Assembly (NCBI GenBank): GCA_013265495.1
Contig: MU058687.1
Coordinates: 744,001-808,000, forward strand
Length of the DNA stretch: 64,000 bases
Reading direction: 5' to 3'
DNA from: Vicugna vicugna
Taxonomy: Eukaryota
The position numbers and the translations under genes were made by a program. Below are positions 26,749 through 37,900 of the stretch, piece by piece (the first letter of the stretch is position 1; every line of letters begins with the position of its first letter). Under the pieces are notes generated by a model. That model saw only the letters and a program-made list of their open reading frames with translations. It ran no database searches and had not been told where the DNA came from.

Positions 26749-26923
26749 TGGACTACCAGATAATCTAATGCAGAATGCCCATTTAAATTTGAATTTCAGA
26801 TAAATGGCAAAAATTTTTTAGTATATGTATGTCTCAGTGAATACTAAAAATTATTTATTGTTTATCTGAAATTCAAACTTAACTGGGTATCCTGTATTTT
26901 AATTTGTTAAACTTGGTGACCTT
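26749..26923. mobile_element. MER53-like palindromic hAT MITE downstream of ISCA2
   Basis: Inverted arms aaatttgaatttcagataaa / tttatctgaaattcaaactt and tttttagtat / atactaaaaa. Confidence 0.75.
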
Positions 26924-29029
26924 ACTGTAGAATCACTGAAAGAAAAGATGTTTAAGCCACAAATTCTAATGAATTGTAAAGTACTTGTTTATGTATGGCA
27001 CTTAAATAGGCCATAGAGCTAGAAATAGTCACGGTATGTGTGTGTGGAAGTGGGGGAGCCAGAACTATTGGACAGACAACCAAAAGAAGATAAAAGCACC
27101 ACCGCCATGACAGATGATTAATAATCACTAATGTTGGGGAAACCACACCCAAGTTGATTCTGGAAGAATTATTGGTTAAACCCACCTATTCTTTGAGAGC
27201 CTAAAAGTTCATAACAGCAAATCTTGCATTTCTGGACTGGATTGAAACATTTCTACACTGGATTGGAATTAAGGTCTTTCAATAAAAGGATTTACTGTTA
27301 AAAAAATAGATATACAGAGTTTAGAGAAAGTATCTGAGATAGAAACTTACATATTTACATTTTCAATAGGAAAACCTAGGGCTTAGAGAAAACAAAGCTA
27401 TCATGTGTGTGCAGTGTGTACAAAGAGGAAAGAAGGGTCACTTAGAAAGCTGAGCAGATTTCCTTAGCATATTTCCATGGAAGGAGGCAGAAGGCATCAT
27501 ACAGTGGAAGTGTCTGTGTGTAACTTTACTAAGCTGTTGAAAATTGCTGCCAGTACCTGGGCTTAATAAGATTTTCAGCTCAGATTGAGTCCTTGATTTT
27601 GCTACATTTTAAGTGTTAAACCTGTTCCTCCAGGATATTTTTGTGGGTTATTTATTGATTTGATGATTTTAACACAAGTATAACAGCTCTAGTTGCCCAA
27701 TAAACCATTAAATTCCAGTGGTCAATTAGGCAGGAACCAGGGTCCCTTTGAATGCTTGTGTCTAAGTACATCCTGTTAATGGAGGAATTGGAATTTTGTG
27801 TTTAGAAAGGGTGGGCTTGGGAGAAATCTCCTTAACTTTATCACCCTTAGAAAGCTTCATCGGGAAACCTGAAGTGGTGACAAGAATTCTCAGTTGGAGG
27901 AGGTGGTGTAGAAATTTGAAGACCACAGGGCATGGGGAGATGACAGCATCAAAGGCTAGTGGGCAGTTGGCTTGGAATAAACATTAAGTGTGGTAAATAG
28001 GTTTAGGAGCTCCTGGCCTTTCTGACCAGACACCCTCTTCCTGCAGGCCATACAAGCCAGTAGACATTTTCACAAGTTTTGCTCACTGTGCAATTCATTT
28101 AGGAAAACTTCATAATCTTCCAGTATCAACTGGAAGATATTTTTGCTTCTCCATTACTTTGAGGGGAGGTTATTAAGGGCTCCTCCCCCCCCTTTTTTTT
28201 TTGCAGAATTGGTTTTATGTAACTTTACAAGCTAGTGACTTCTTGGGGCAGCATGCTCCACCTTTGCTGTAGCCAAACATAATTGTGCAAGGACTGAAGG
28301 CAAGGGAGCCCTGCCTCTGCTTTATGTTGTGAGTCGTTAACGTTGTTTGATCAAAAGAGGGGGCCTGTTGGTCAGTGTCCGGATCTTTCCTTGTGGAATC
28401 ATACTCTTTAGTTATGTGATTGATAGTGACCAAGTGGTATGTAAACTCTAAGTGTCCCACTCACCCTTAGCTTCTTTGTGTGGGAATGTTGACCAATTAC
28501 AAGGGACCAGGAGAAAACATGTTCAAAAGTGAGAGATTAGGAAAGACTGCTAAAATGAGTGTCCAAGAAGTCTTCTTTCTCTAACTTCCTTCTGAGACTT
28601 GAGCCCCATTCTTTTGGTCTTTTGTTATAAAGCTCGTGAGCGGAGGGTCGCCTTTTGGCAGCAACATCCTATATAGAGAATTGGGTAGTGGTGACCGTTG
28701 TGGCATCGCCCTCCCGTGAACTCTGGCCCTTAACTGATTCTGTGCAGCTGGCAGTGGGCAGAGCCTACCACTGTCCACTCAGCATTATTATGGCTCACAT
28801 GTTCTGTCTCAAAAGCAGGAAACTCCTCTATTTTTCTAGGTATCTAGCATTGATGTTTATGATTGCTTTTTAAAAATCCCTGCTTGCCATTTCTCCACAG
28901 AAATGCCATGGGGCTCCTTAAAGGAAGTTTGCTTTAAGAAGTTTTGAAATAATTATCATCTGGCTTTAAATGTAAAATACATAAAAAGAGGGAGCATTTA
29001 AGTAGTGTTATGTCCAGCAGTTATATTTA

Positions 29030-30160
29030 AAAATATTTTATTTTTTTGAATAGGTAATACATAAGGTACAAAATTCAAAGAGTCACAAAAGGGGATACAG
29101 TGAAAAGTCTCCCAATCCTGTACCCATCCGCCCCGTTCCCTCCCCACAAACCACCGTTGTTTCTGAGAATTCACCCCACAGGTATAATCCCATAGATATA
29201 ATGTGACATAACATATACACAAGAATATTCATTACAGCATTACTGATAATAGCAAAAGATAGGAAACAATGGAGATGTCCATCAATGGGGGACTGATTAA
29301 ATAAATTATGATTTATCCATTCAGTGGAGTAGTATACAGTTATAAAATAGAATGAGACAGCCCTTTATGTGCAAGTATGAAGTGAAAAAAGCAGAGTGCA
29401 GAACAGCATGCATAGTATGATATTTGTGTTTCTAACACAAGGCAGTGGGTGTATGTGCGTGAAATATCTCTGGAAGGGCGCGCAGGAGGGCGAGGGGTGG
29501 GAGGAGGGGCAGTGGGAATAGCATTTAAGAGGGCGCAGTGCCAGCAGGGTCTACTGAGGAATGGTAAGGATTTCTCTGAAGTACAGGGTGTGAGGTGGAG
29601 TGTCAAAGATGAGGTTAGCAGATACCCAATTCTTTTCCCCCTTCCTTTAGACAAATAGCAATAGCAGCATCTGTTACACTGTTGTACAACCTTTCTTTTT
29701 CCCTTAGTCTGTTTTGGGTGTCTTCTCTAGGCATTTAGAGCCACTTTTTTTTTTCTTTTTAGGGCTTCATAGCCAATTATTTCTAATCTTTTGCTATTAC
29801 AAATAATGCTGTGATAAATAACCTCTTAACATATGTCTTTCACATTTAGGGAGAATATGTCTGAAGGTTAAGTTTAACTTCCTAGAAGTGGAATCACTGA
29901 TTTAAAGAGTAAGTGCTTTTATAATTTTGAAAGACATTACCATATTATTCTGTTTAGGAGTTGTGCCACTACATACTGTTGGCAGCGATGTGTGTGAATG
30001 CCTCTTTCCCCAGATGCTTGCCAAATAGGAGTTTTAACAGACTTTTTAATCTTTGCCAATCAGTTAAAAAAAGTGTCTCAGTGTAGTTTTAACTTGCATT
30101 TCTTTTTATTATGATTGAAGATCAGGACATTTTCATATGTTTAAGAACTATATACTTCTG
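29030..30160. mobile_element. Old L1M fragments in mixed orientation between ISCA2 and LTBP2
   Basis: aatattcattacagcattactgataatagcaaaa...tgtccatcaatgggggactgattaaataaattat (+); ttttaacttgcatttct...ttttcatatgttta (-); L1 3'-end-like text at 29030-29165 (-). Confidence 0.6.
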
Positions 30161-30179
30161 TCTGCTGAAAACATTGCAA

Positions 30180-30350
30180 CTAGTATAGTGACCTAGAGCA
30201 AATTATTTAAGCTTTGTAAGTCCAGTTTCCTCATTGGTAAATCGGGAATAAAAATAGTAAGCAGGATTGTTGGATGATCAAATGAAATTTGTGTTCAGCA
30301 CTCAACACAGTGCCTGGCACATAGCAAGCATTCAATAAGTTATTATTGGA
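30180..30350 (+). mobile_element. MIR SINE
   Basis: cagtttcctcattggtaaatcgggaataaaaatagta...cacagtgcctggcacatagcaagcattcaataa. Confidence 0.7.
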
Positions 30351-30661
30351 TGGCTGACAATTAGGGCAGCAGGTAGGACAGGTCAGATAAATTAAGAAAC
30401 TAGCATTCATCTCTGTCTTCAGGCACGTGGAGCCTTGTTCATTTACATTGCCATTCATCAGAGAAATGCAAAGTCAGAGCTTTCCTTGTCTTAGAAGAGT
30501 AAAGAACCTTTTCCTATTGGAACCCAATCATAGGCTGTTGGCAGAGCTGGTGAGGGGGTAGCACAGCCTCATCTCTAATATTTAGACTCAGCCAACATGG
30601 TAAAGAAATTTGGCTTAATGTGAAATAAAAACAAAAACAGAAGAGCCCAGGAGTACATGTC

Positions 30662-31041
30662 TTTATTCCACCATGGTTTTAAAGTCCCAGCTAGCCAAGA
30701 TTGGAGTGAGTCTCTGCTTGTAAACTCAGTGGGATGCCAGCCATCCATTTTATGAAGGGGGAGAGGGCAGAGGCTTCTGAGTTGAGGGAAGAAACAACAT
30801 AGGAAATCTGGCTCCCCCTAAACAAGACTGCACTGTGTTTCACAAGCTAGAAAATCAACTGCTTTATTTTTAGCACATCAAACTGGTGTCCACAAAAGGA
30901 GAGCGGAGCCCAGGAGAGATTTGTCTCCTGTAAGAAGCAGTGTGTATTTAATACAGGTCTTCAGAGATGGGCACCCTGGCTTGTGGCAGCCCTTGCTGTG
31001 GTGCCCAGGAGCTATTGCTGGGTAGATTTTGAATGTTTATT
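30662..31041 (-). terminator. LTBP2: Cluster of candidate proximal LTBP2 poly(A) signals
   Basis: AATAAA on minus at 31036-31041, 30863-30868 and 30662-30667, 0.8-1.15 kb past the stop. Confidence 0.55.
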
Positions 31042-31815
31042 TACCCAAAGTTACTGAATATTTTCTTTAGACTTGTACAAAGCCCTGGCTCCCTCTTTCT
31101 TATCAACTCCCCATGATCTTTTATATTGTCCTCTTGCTGCTTTCTCATTTGTGTCTCATACACCCAGCAAGTTAGTATCACTCTTCTCTGAGATGAGGGC
31201 ATCTCCTGCCCCTCCGTGGGGCCACAGCACTGGCAACAGGGTGGAAATGTGCCCAGATCTAGCCCAGACCAGACTGGCTGAGTGGCAGTGGTGGTTCTTG
31301 GGAGGAGGCATTGGAGTCACTCCCCAAACTTCCCCTGATCCTTTTTTGCTCGATAGATTCTGAAGGACCATCCCAGGGCAGATGGAGCCTCTGACCCAGG
31401 TGTGGAAGCATCAGGATGATATGTGGATTATGGCTGGAAAAGGGTGTGTGCAGTGTGAGGCTGAAGGACCTTGCATGGTTGCACAGCTTGAGGGGCTGCT
31501 TGAGGGCCACCCATTGGTAAGTGTCCCACAGCAAGGCCAGGACAGATGGCAGACAGGGCCTCGTGGCCTGTGGCTGAAGCATTAAAGCATTTGGTGGTGT
31601 TTGAGCCAAGCAAGGGCATGGCGGTGTGGAGGTGGTGACAGAGCTCACAGCCAGAGCCTAAGCTGGGGGAGATGAGAAGCAGGCGAGGCTGGCTGGGAGC
31701 TGGGCTGCAGGGCCTCCTGCCCGATGTCTTCACAGGTCTCCCCAGCGAGGAAAGCTTCCTTCAAGCCTCTGGCCGGGCCCATTTCCAGGTAACTTCCCAC
31801 ACTGACCCCTTGCTG

Positions 31816-31961
31816 CTACTCCTTGGCAGTGCAGTGTGGGGGGCCTGCCCCAGCCACATAACCTGGGGAGCAGTGGCAGCGGTAGGAGCCCTCCGTGTTC
31901 TCGCAGTGACCGTGGACACAGAGTGCAGCAGGTCCGTTCAGGTCATCACACTCATTCACAT
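31816..31961 (-). CDS. LTBP2: LTBP2 last exon (coding part), cbEGF plus stop
   Basis: [48 protein letters not shown] then TAG at 31818-31816. Confidence 0.96.
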
Positions 31962-34900
31962 CTGAGAGGAAGGGAGAAGGAGAGAGCTGTAGGGTCCCCA
32001 GGCACCTCTGGCCTGCTGCCTCTGCCCCTCTGGTCGCTAAGCCCCTGCCCCTGCCCTACAGTAGAATCCTAGGTATTGCAGCCAGAGGATGAAGTCACTG
32101 TCACAAACTAAGCTACTCACAGACACAAAGCTGGTGATAGTGAGGCCATACTGTGCCCATGCTGTCTTGTCACTGCCTTTCTTCTGTCTAGGAACCTCCA
32201 TGGAAGGGCTTTCTTAACACAGCATTAGGCCTTTGGAACTCTCACCACTCGGCCTGGTACCTGGTAGGCCCACTAGGGGGCAGCAGTGGATTTCCCACCT
32301 AGGCTAAGTCATGCATCCCTAAGTGAGCAGTGGGGCCAGTCTGACTTTTCCACGTGGAGCCATCAGGGCCGTCCTGCTCCTGCAGTATTGCCACTCTGAT
32401 TCTAAACTTACCCACACAGGCCATGTGCGCCGTGTCCAGCTGGAAGCCCTCAAAGCAGTCACAGGTGTAGCCCTCCCGCACGCGCACGCAGCGGCCGTTC
32501 TCACAGCCGTTCAGGATGCCACACTCCTCTGCCTGGAGCCCTTCAAAGCCGGCCTGGTGCTCTGGTAGGAGGGAGTCAGAGAAGGAGGCTGAGGCCTTGT
32601 ACCCGACCCTGGGGCCCTCACCCTCTGCTCGGAGGATTACCACTAATGAACTCTTGGGGTCAGGGCAGGAAGGGTCATAACACTCTCACAAAGATGCTGA
32701 AACAGAAGGCAGTACTCTTCATAAGCATGTGTCACTTTAGGTGGGGAGATGTGCTGGACTTTAAATGAGGGCTCCAGGAAGGCTGGGACACACTGCTTTC
32801 ACAACGCCAGGGCTTCTGAGCATTTGGGTGTCTCTGTATAGTTTTGATTTTGTTGCAGTTGGTGGCAGGGTGTTCTGTTAAAATTTTGACAGTTTTTTGG
32901 AGTGTAGAGGATTGGTAGCAAAAGGGGATTACCCTCACCACAAAGAAAGGCTTCTACAAAGGCTTCTGCCTAACCTTCTTTCTCTAAGCAAACCCCCTCC
33001 CCTGGAAAAGGCCCTGTCCCTAATCTCAGCGCAGTTTTGATCAGTTTGACGTGGTGCCTTGCCTGTGGCAAGTGCTTCGTCCATTGCACAGATGCCAGAC
33101 CTGATTTCCTCAGAATCCGAGTCCTGAGTGCTGGAATCATTGCCACTTACAAACCAGGTACCATGGTCTGTAGACCTTTAAAGTGATTAGAAATCCTTAA
33201 TTTCCATTTCAGGGCACACGTTTGAACTTGTGAAGCAGGTGGTTCTGCATACCGTAAGTGGTGTGGGAGAGACGGAGAACCGCGTCCCCCTCTCTCAACT
33301 CCCACAGGCAGCTTCTGAGGTTGGGATGTTGTCCTGTACCTCTTTGTGTCCCCTGTGCTAGTCCGTCACGGGGAGTTGTTAGGGTGTGGGCCGGGCATTT
33401 GGAGGTGGCCCTTGAGTGACCTGTTGAGTGGGCTTGATCTTTTCCCTTCCCTGTCCTCACCTTGCTGACAGTGATTAGCACGTGAAGGAGATGGAAGTGA
33501 AACAGCTTCAGAGCCCACCTCTTCCCCATTTTTGCAGCAACACAGACCTGGGTGGCTGGCAACGTAGCGGGGCTGGAGTTCTGAGGGCTGCAGGGGAGGC
33601 TCAAGGACGGGTATGCGGTCCCCTCGGTGGCTGGCCGTGTTGGGGAAGGGTGGCTCAGGGATGGCATCCTCGGGGCCCAGGTAGTTGTAGAAGGGGGCCC
33701 CGTCTGGGCCATAGAGGCTGTAGTGCAGGTCCTCGGGCCCAGGGCCATACTCATAGCCGGGCCGGAAGTGGACCCCAGCCTCTCGCTCAGCTTCAATCCG
33801 AGCCACGTTGCACAGCTGAGCGTAGACCTCTGTCAGGGAGGAGGGAGAGAGGAAGCTGGGCCCTGCTCCTGGTAGCTAAAGCCTGCAGTGCTGTTCCCCC
33901 GCCCCGAGGAGAGAGGGAGCGTGTGGAGACTGGTGCCCTCTGAGTTCCTGGCAGTGCTCCTCTCCCCACCCCGCCCCCTGCCCCGCCTTGTCCTCATAAC
34001 AGGGACGAAGACAGCCATGACTTGCCCTACTCCTTTCTAAATTCCCGCTTCCAGGGTGAGGACATTCCCCACCCCGGGGCCCAGCGCAGCTCTGCCGATG
34101 TCTCCTCTGCCCTCCGTGCTCACCAGAGCTCCTGGGGGGGCACAGAGCACACTGCTGGCTCCAGGCCTCGCCGTCCTGGCAGCAGCACTCGGTGTAGGTG
34201 GTGCGGCGCCCGTGCAGGGGATGGCTGCACACATAATTGGTGACTTTTTTCCAGCAGATGTCCATGTGGATGTCGTGGTCAGGCAGGTCCTCTGGTGGCA
34301 CAGGGCAAGGAAGGATGTGAGCCTCCAGCCCAGGTCCACTCCCCCCGCTGCCCCATCCCTCTGGCCCACTGACCCATGCCACTGGTGCTGTTCACACAGC
34401 GTTGCTGGCTGAGGTCCAGGGTGAGCGGGGGGCTGCAGAAGCAGTGGAAGGAGCCTTCTGTGTTCACACACTCGCCATCCTCACAGGCCATGTCCTGGCA
34501 TTCGTCATGATCTAGGAGGCAGGAAGACGGGAGGAACGTGGGGGGCTGTGCTAATGCGGCCCTCCCGTGGACCACCTTCAGAGAAAGGGGTTTTCTTGTA
34601 ACTGATAATCAAGAGGTAGCACCCCACTTCCCCCTCCCCACCCCAGCCCCAGTCTGGGGGCCTGCCTTTCCAACTGGTCCCGGCACACAATCCCTGACAG
34701 CCCCAGAGCTCCTCTCACCTCAGACCTGCCTGCCACAGTGGGCCTCTTCCCCAGGAAGGGGAACCCCCAGCAGGAACTGGGCTGGCTGGCAGGGGAGGGT
34801 GAGCATTCAGCTGTGGGCCCCGGGGTGGGGATGGGGGTGTCCTCACCCTCACACTTCCTGCGGGCGGCATTGTAGTGATAGCCGGGGTTGCACAGGCAGA

Positions 34901-37900
34901 TGTAGCCAGGCACCGTGTTGAGGCACCGGCCATTCCGGCAGAGACCAGGCCCGAATATCACACACTCGTCGGCATCTGTGGGAGGGCAGAGCTGAGGTGA
35001 GGGGAAGGCGAGAAGCAGTTTGAGATGGTTCCTAGGACGAGGGGCTCCAAAGGCAGACTTGCTGGGGTTGAATCCCGGCCTTGCCACTTGCCAGTCGAGT
35101 GACTTCAGGCAAGTTACTTAAGTTCTCCTTGCCTCGGTTTCCTGCCTACTCCTTATCGTCTCATGGTTGTTACAAGGGTAAAACGGTTAATACATGTAAG
35201 GTGCTTCGAATAGTGCTTGGCACATAGCAAGCACTCAAAGGGAACTACAGCAGTTTCTATTATTTCCTTTTCCAGTTTCAGGTGTGAGCCCGTACCTTGG
35301 CCACTCTCGCCAAAGTTTCTGGCTTTGTAAGTGGGGCCAGGGAGATCAGCAGCCACCTCTGGCCTCTGTCCCTGTGCCCTGTGACTAGGTTAGTCAAGGC
35401 ATCATAGCTTGTTCCTGGAGGATTCAGCCTCAGAGGAGCGGGGAAACCATGGTGGGGCTGAATGGATGCTCCAGGAGAGCTCCAGTGAAAACTCCCAGCT
35501 AAAGATCTGCAGCCCTGGAGCAGGAAGGTTGGAAGCAACCTGAGAGGTCTGAGCTGCATGCAGAGCTTCCCCAGGGCCTCCTGGGCCCACACAGGTGAGC
35601 GGTGCTTGGGGAGGAAGGTCTGTAGGGAGGTTACCTGTGTACGTGGTCTGTCCAAACATCCAGGCTCCTTCCACAGGGACGTAGCCTTTCCCACTAGGGC
35701 AGATCTCGTTGAATTCAACTGCAGGGAGGCATCCAAGCTGAGAGAGAGAAGGGCTCTGCCCGCTTCCTCTCTCCCCTTCTAGTGTCATCCTGCAGAGCTG
35801 ACCCTGAGAGGATCTGGGACACCTGGCAGCCTTACCTGAGTCCTCAGCTGGGCACAGGTCACAGGCGTCTCCCCAGCCGGTGCCCTGTGTGCAGCAGCAC
35901 TCGGCCTGCGTGGTGTTCCGGCCCAGAAGGCTGGAGCAGGGTGGCTGGCCCGTCTGCCCGGAGTAGCATTCCATGCGGATGGGGCCCGGGGGGTGGTCCT
36001 CTGGCGAGGCCTCAGGGATACTCTGACCTACATGTGATAGATGCTAGCATTGTTTGTTCATGGCCTCCTGGGGCACACTAGCCTTTGAATTTATTTTGAA
36101 ATGTTAACATTTATATAGCATGTCACAGTGGATGAAATGCTTTATCTCACTAGACGCTCAATAACCTTATGAGGTGGGTATTATCATCAGCTCTCTTTTA
36201 TAGACGAGGCAGTTGAGGCTTAGAGAAGCTAGATGACTTGCCCCAGTCACCTAGTGGCACAGCAGGGAATTGATCCTAGTTCCTTTGGTGTCAAGCCCTG
36301 CTCTTCCCAGTGTACCATCCTGCCTTCCTCCATTGTAGTGGGGCGCCCCCAGTCCTTGGTATACCATATGTCAACCCTCTGCCCATTCCTCTGCTTCACA
36401 CTGTATCCCAGCCCCTCTCATCCTTCCTTGTGTTGGGTCCTGCTTGCTTTCTCCCAAGTCAGAGAAGGCCAGATGAGTCCTTGCTTTCTCCCAAGTCAGA
36501 GAAGGCCATATGAGTTCTATTTCAGCCTGGGCTGAGGCTGAACCCAGCTGCCCTGGGGTGGAATGGAGCAGGGAGAATTGAGCTTAGCTCAGCTTCAGGG
36601 CCTCCCTCACCTGGGCAGCTGCCTGGACTGAAGGTCCCTCCAAGGCTCAATCTGAGATCCCTGGGGCTCCCCTATGTTGGCCTTGGGGTTTCCAGAGCCT
36701 CCTGTAGGGTCGTCACAGCCCTGCAGCCTTCTGGAAATTCCCTGGCCTGGAGCAGACTCCCCTCTTGTCTTGACCAAACTCTCAGACTCCTCACCCCTCT
36801 GCACTCTATTCCTGAGCTGAACCACTGCCCACACTGCCCCAGTCCCAGCCTGAGATCCCTCTCAAGAACTGGAGCAGTGGGGGCGCTCTGGAAGCCACCC
36901 GCAGGTGGCAGTGCCGTGAGCGGTGGTGCATAACGACGGGGTGGAGTAGGGGGCATGCTCACCTCCAGCCACCCGCGGGCGGCAGTGCCCCTCCTGGGCA
37001 TCGTACTCCTCCAGGTCGCTGGCGCAGAGGCACAGGAAGGAGCCCTCCACGTTCTCGCAGAGCGCAGCCCCGCACACCGCCAGCATCAGCTCACATTCGT
37101 TCACATCTGCCAGGCAGGAGGACAGGCTTGTGGGCAGAGAAGAGGCGGCCCAGGGCCCCAGCCCAGCGGGCAGATCCTCACCTCATCCCCCAAAAGAAAC
37201 AGGCTAGGCCTTGGTGGGAGAGCAGAAGTGAGTATGAGTTAGCAGGAAGGAGGAACAGGTGAACAGAGGGCATGGGAAGGGAGAGAAAGAAGGGTGGCAG
37301 AAAGGGGTCACCAAATGGACTAAGAGAAAGGGTTCCTCCCTCTGCACATTCCTCAAATGTGCCTCTGGAGAACTTAAGGTCTCTGGAGAAGGGTGGTACC
37401 CTCATTATGTGCTTGCTCCCCCTGCTGGTAGAACATGGCCTTGCTTCCCTTTCCAACCTGGCCAAGGAGCCAGCTACAGGGTGGAGCTGAAATCTCCCTT
37501 CCTTGCCCACTCTATGAGGACCTGTTATGGAGCTGGTGACCATGAACATTTCAGGAGCAGGGCCCTAGGGCCACTCTATCCAGAACAGCCAAGATCTGTG
37601 GAGATGGGATCAAGGGCCCAAGAACCCTCCCTTCCCTGGCACAGAGCCTGGCTAAACCACAGGCTTCTCACCAATGCAGTCCCAGCCGGAGGGCGAGGTC
37701 TCGAAGCCCTGGTCACAGAGGCAGCGGAAGGAGCCGTCGGTGTTGTCACAGAAGCCGTGGTTCCCACACACGGTGTCATTGGCACACTCGTCTATGTCTG
37801 TGGGACAGTTGGGGCGAGAGTGTAGGGTGTGCTCTCCATTTGCTGGGAATATTTATGTGGTCTGTTAACACCAAGAGCTGTGAAAACTAACTTCTGAACA

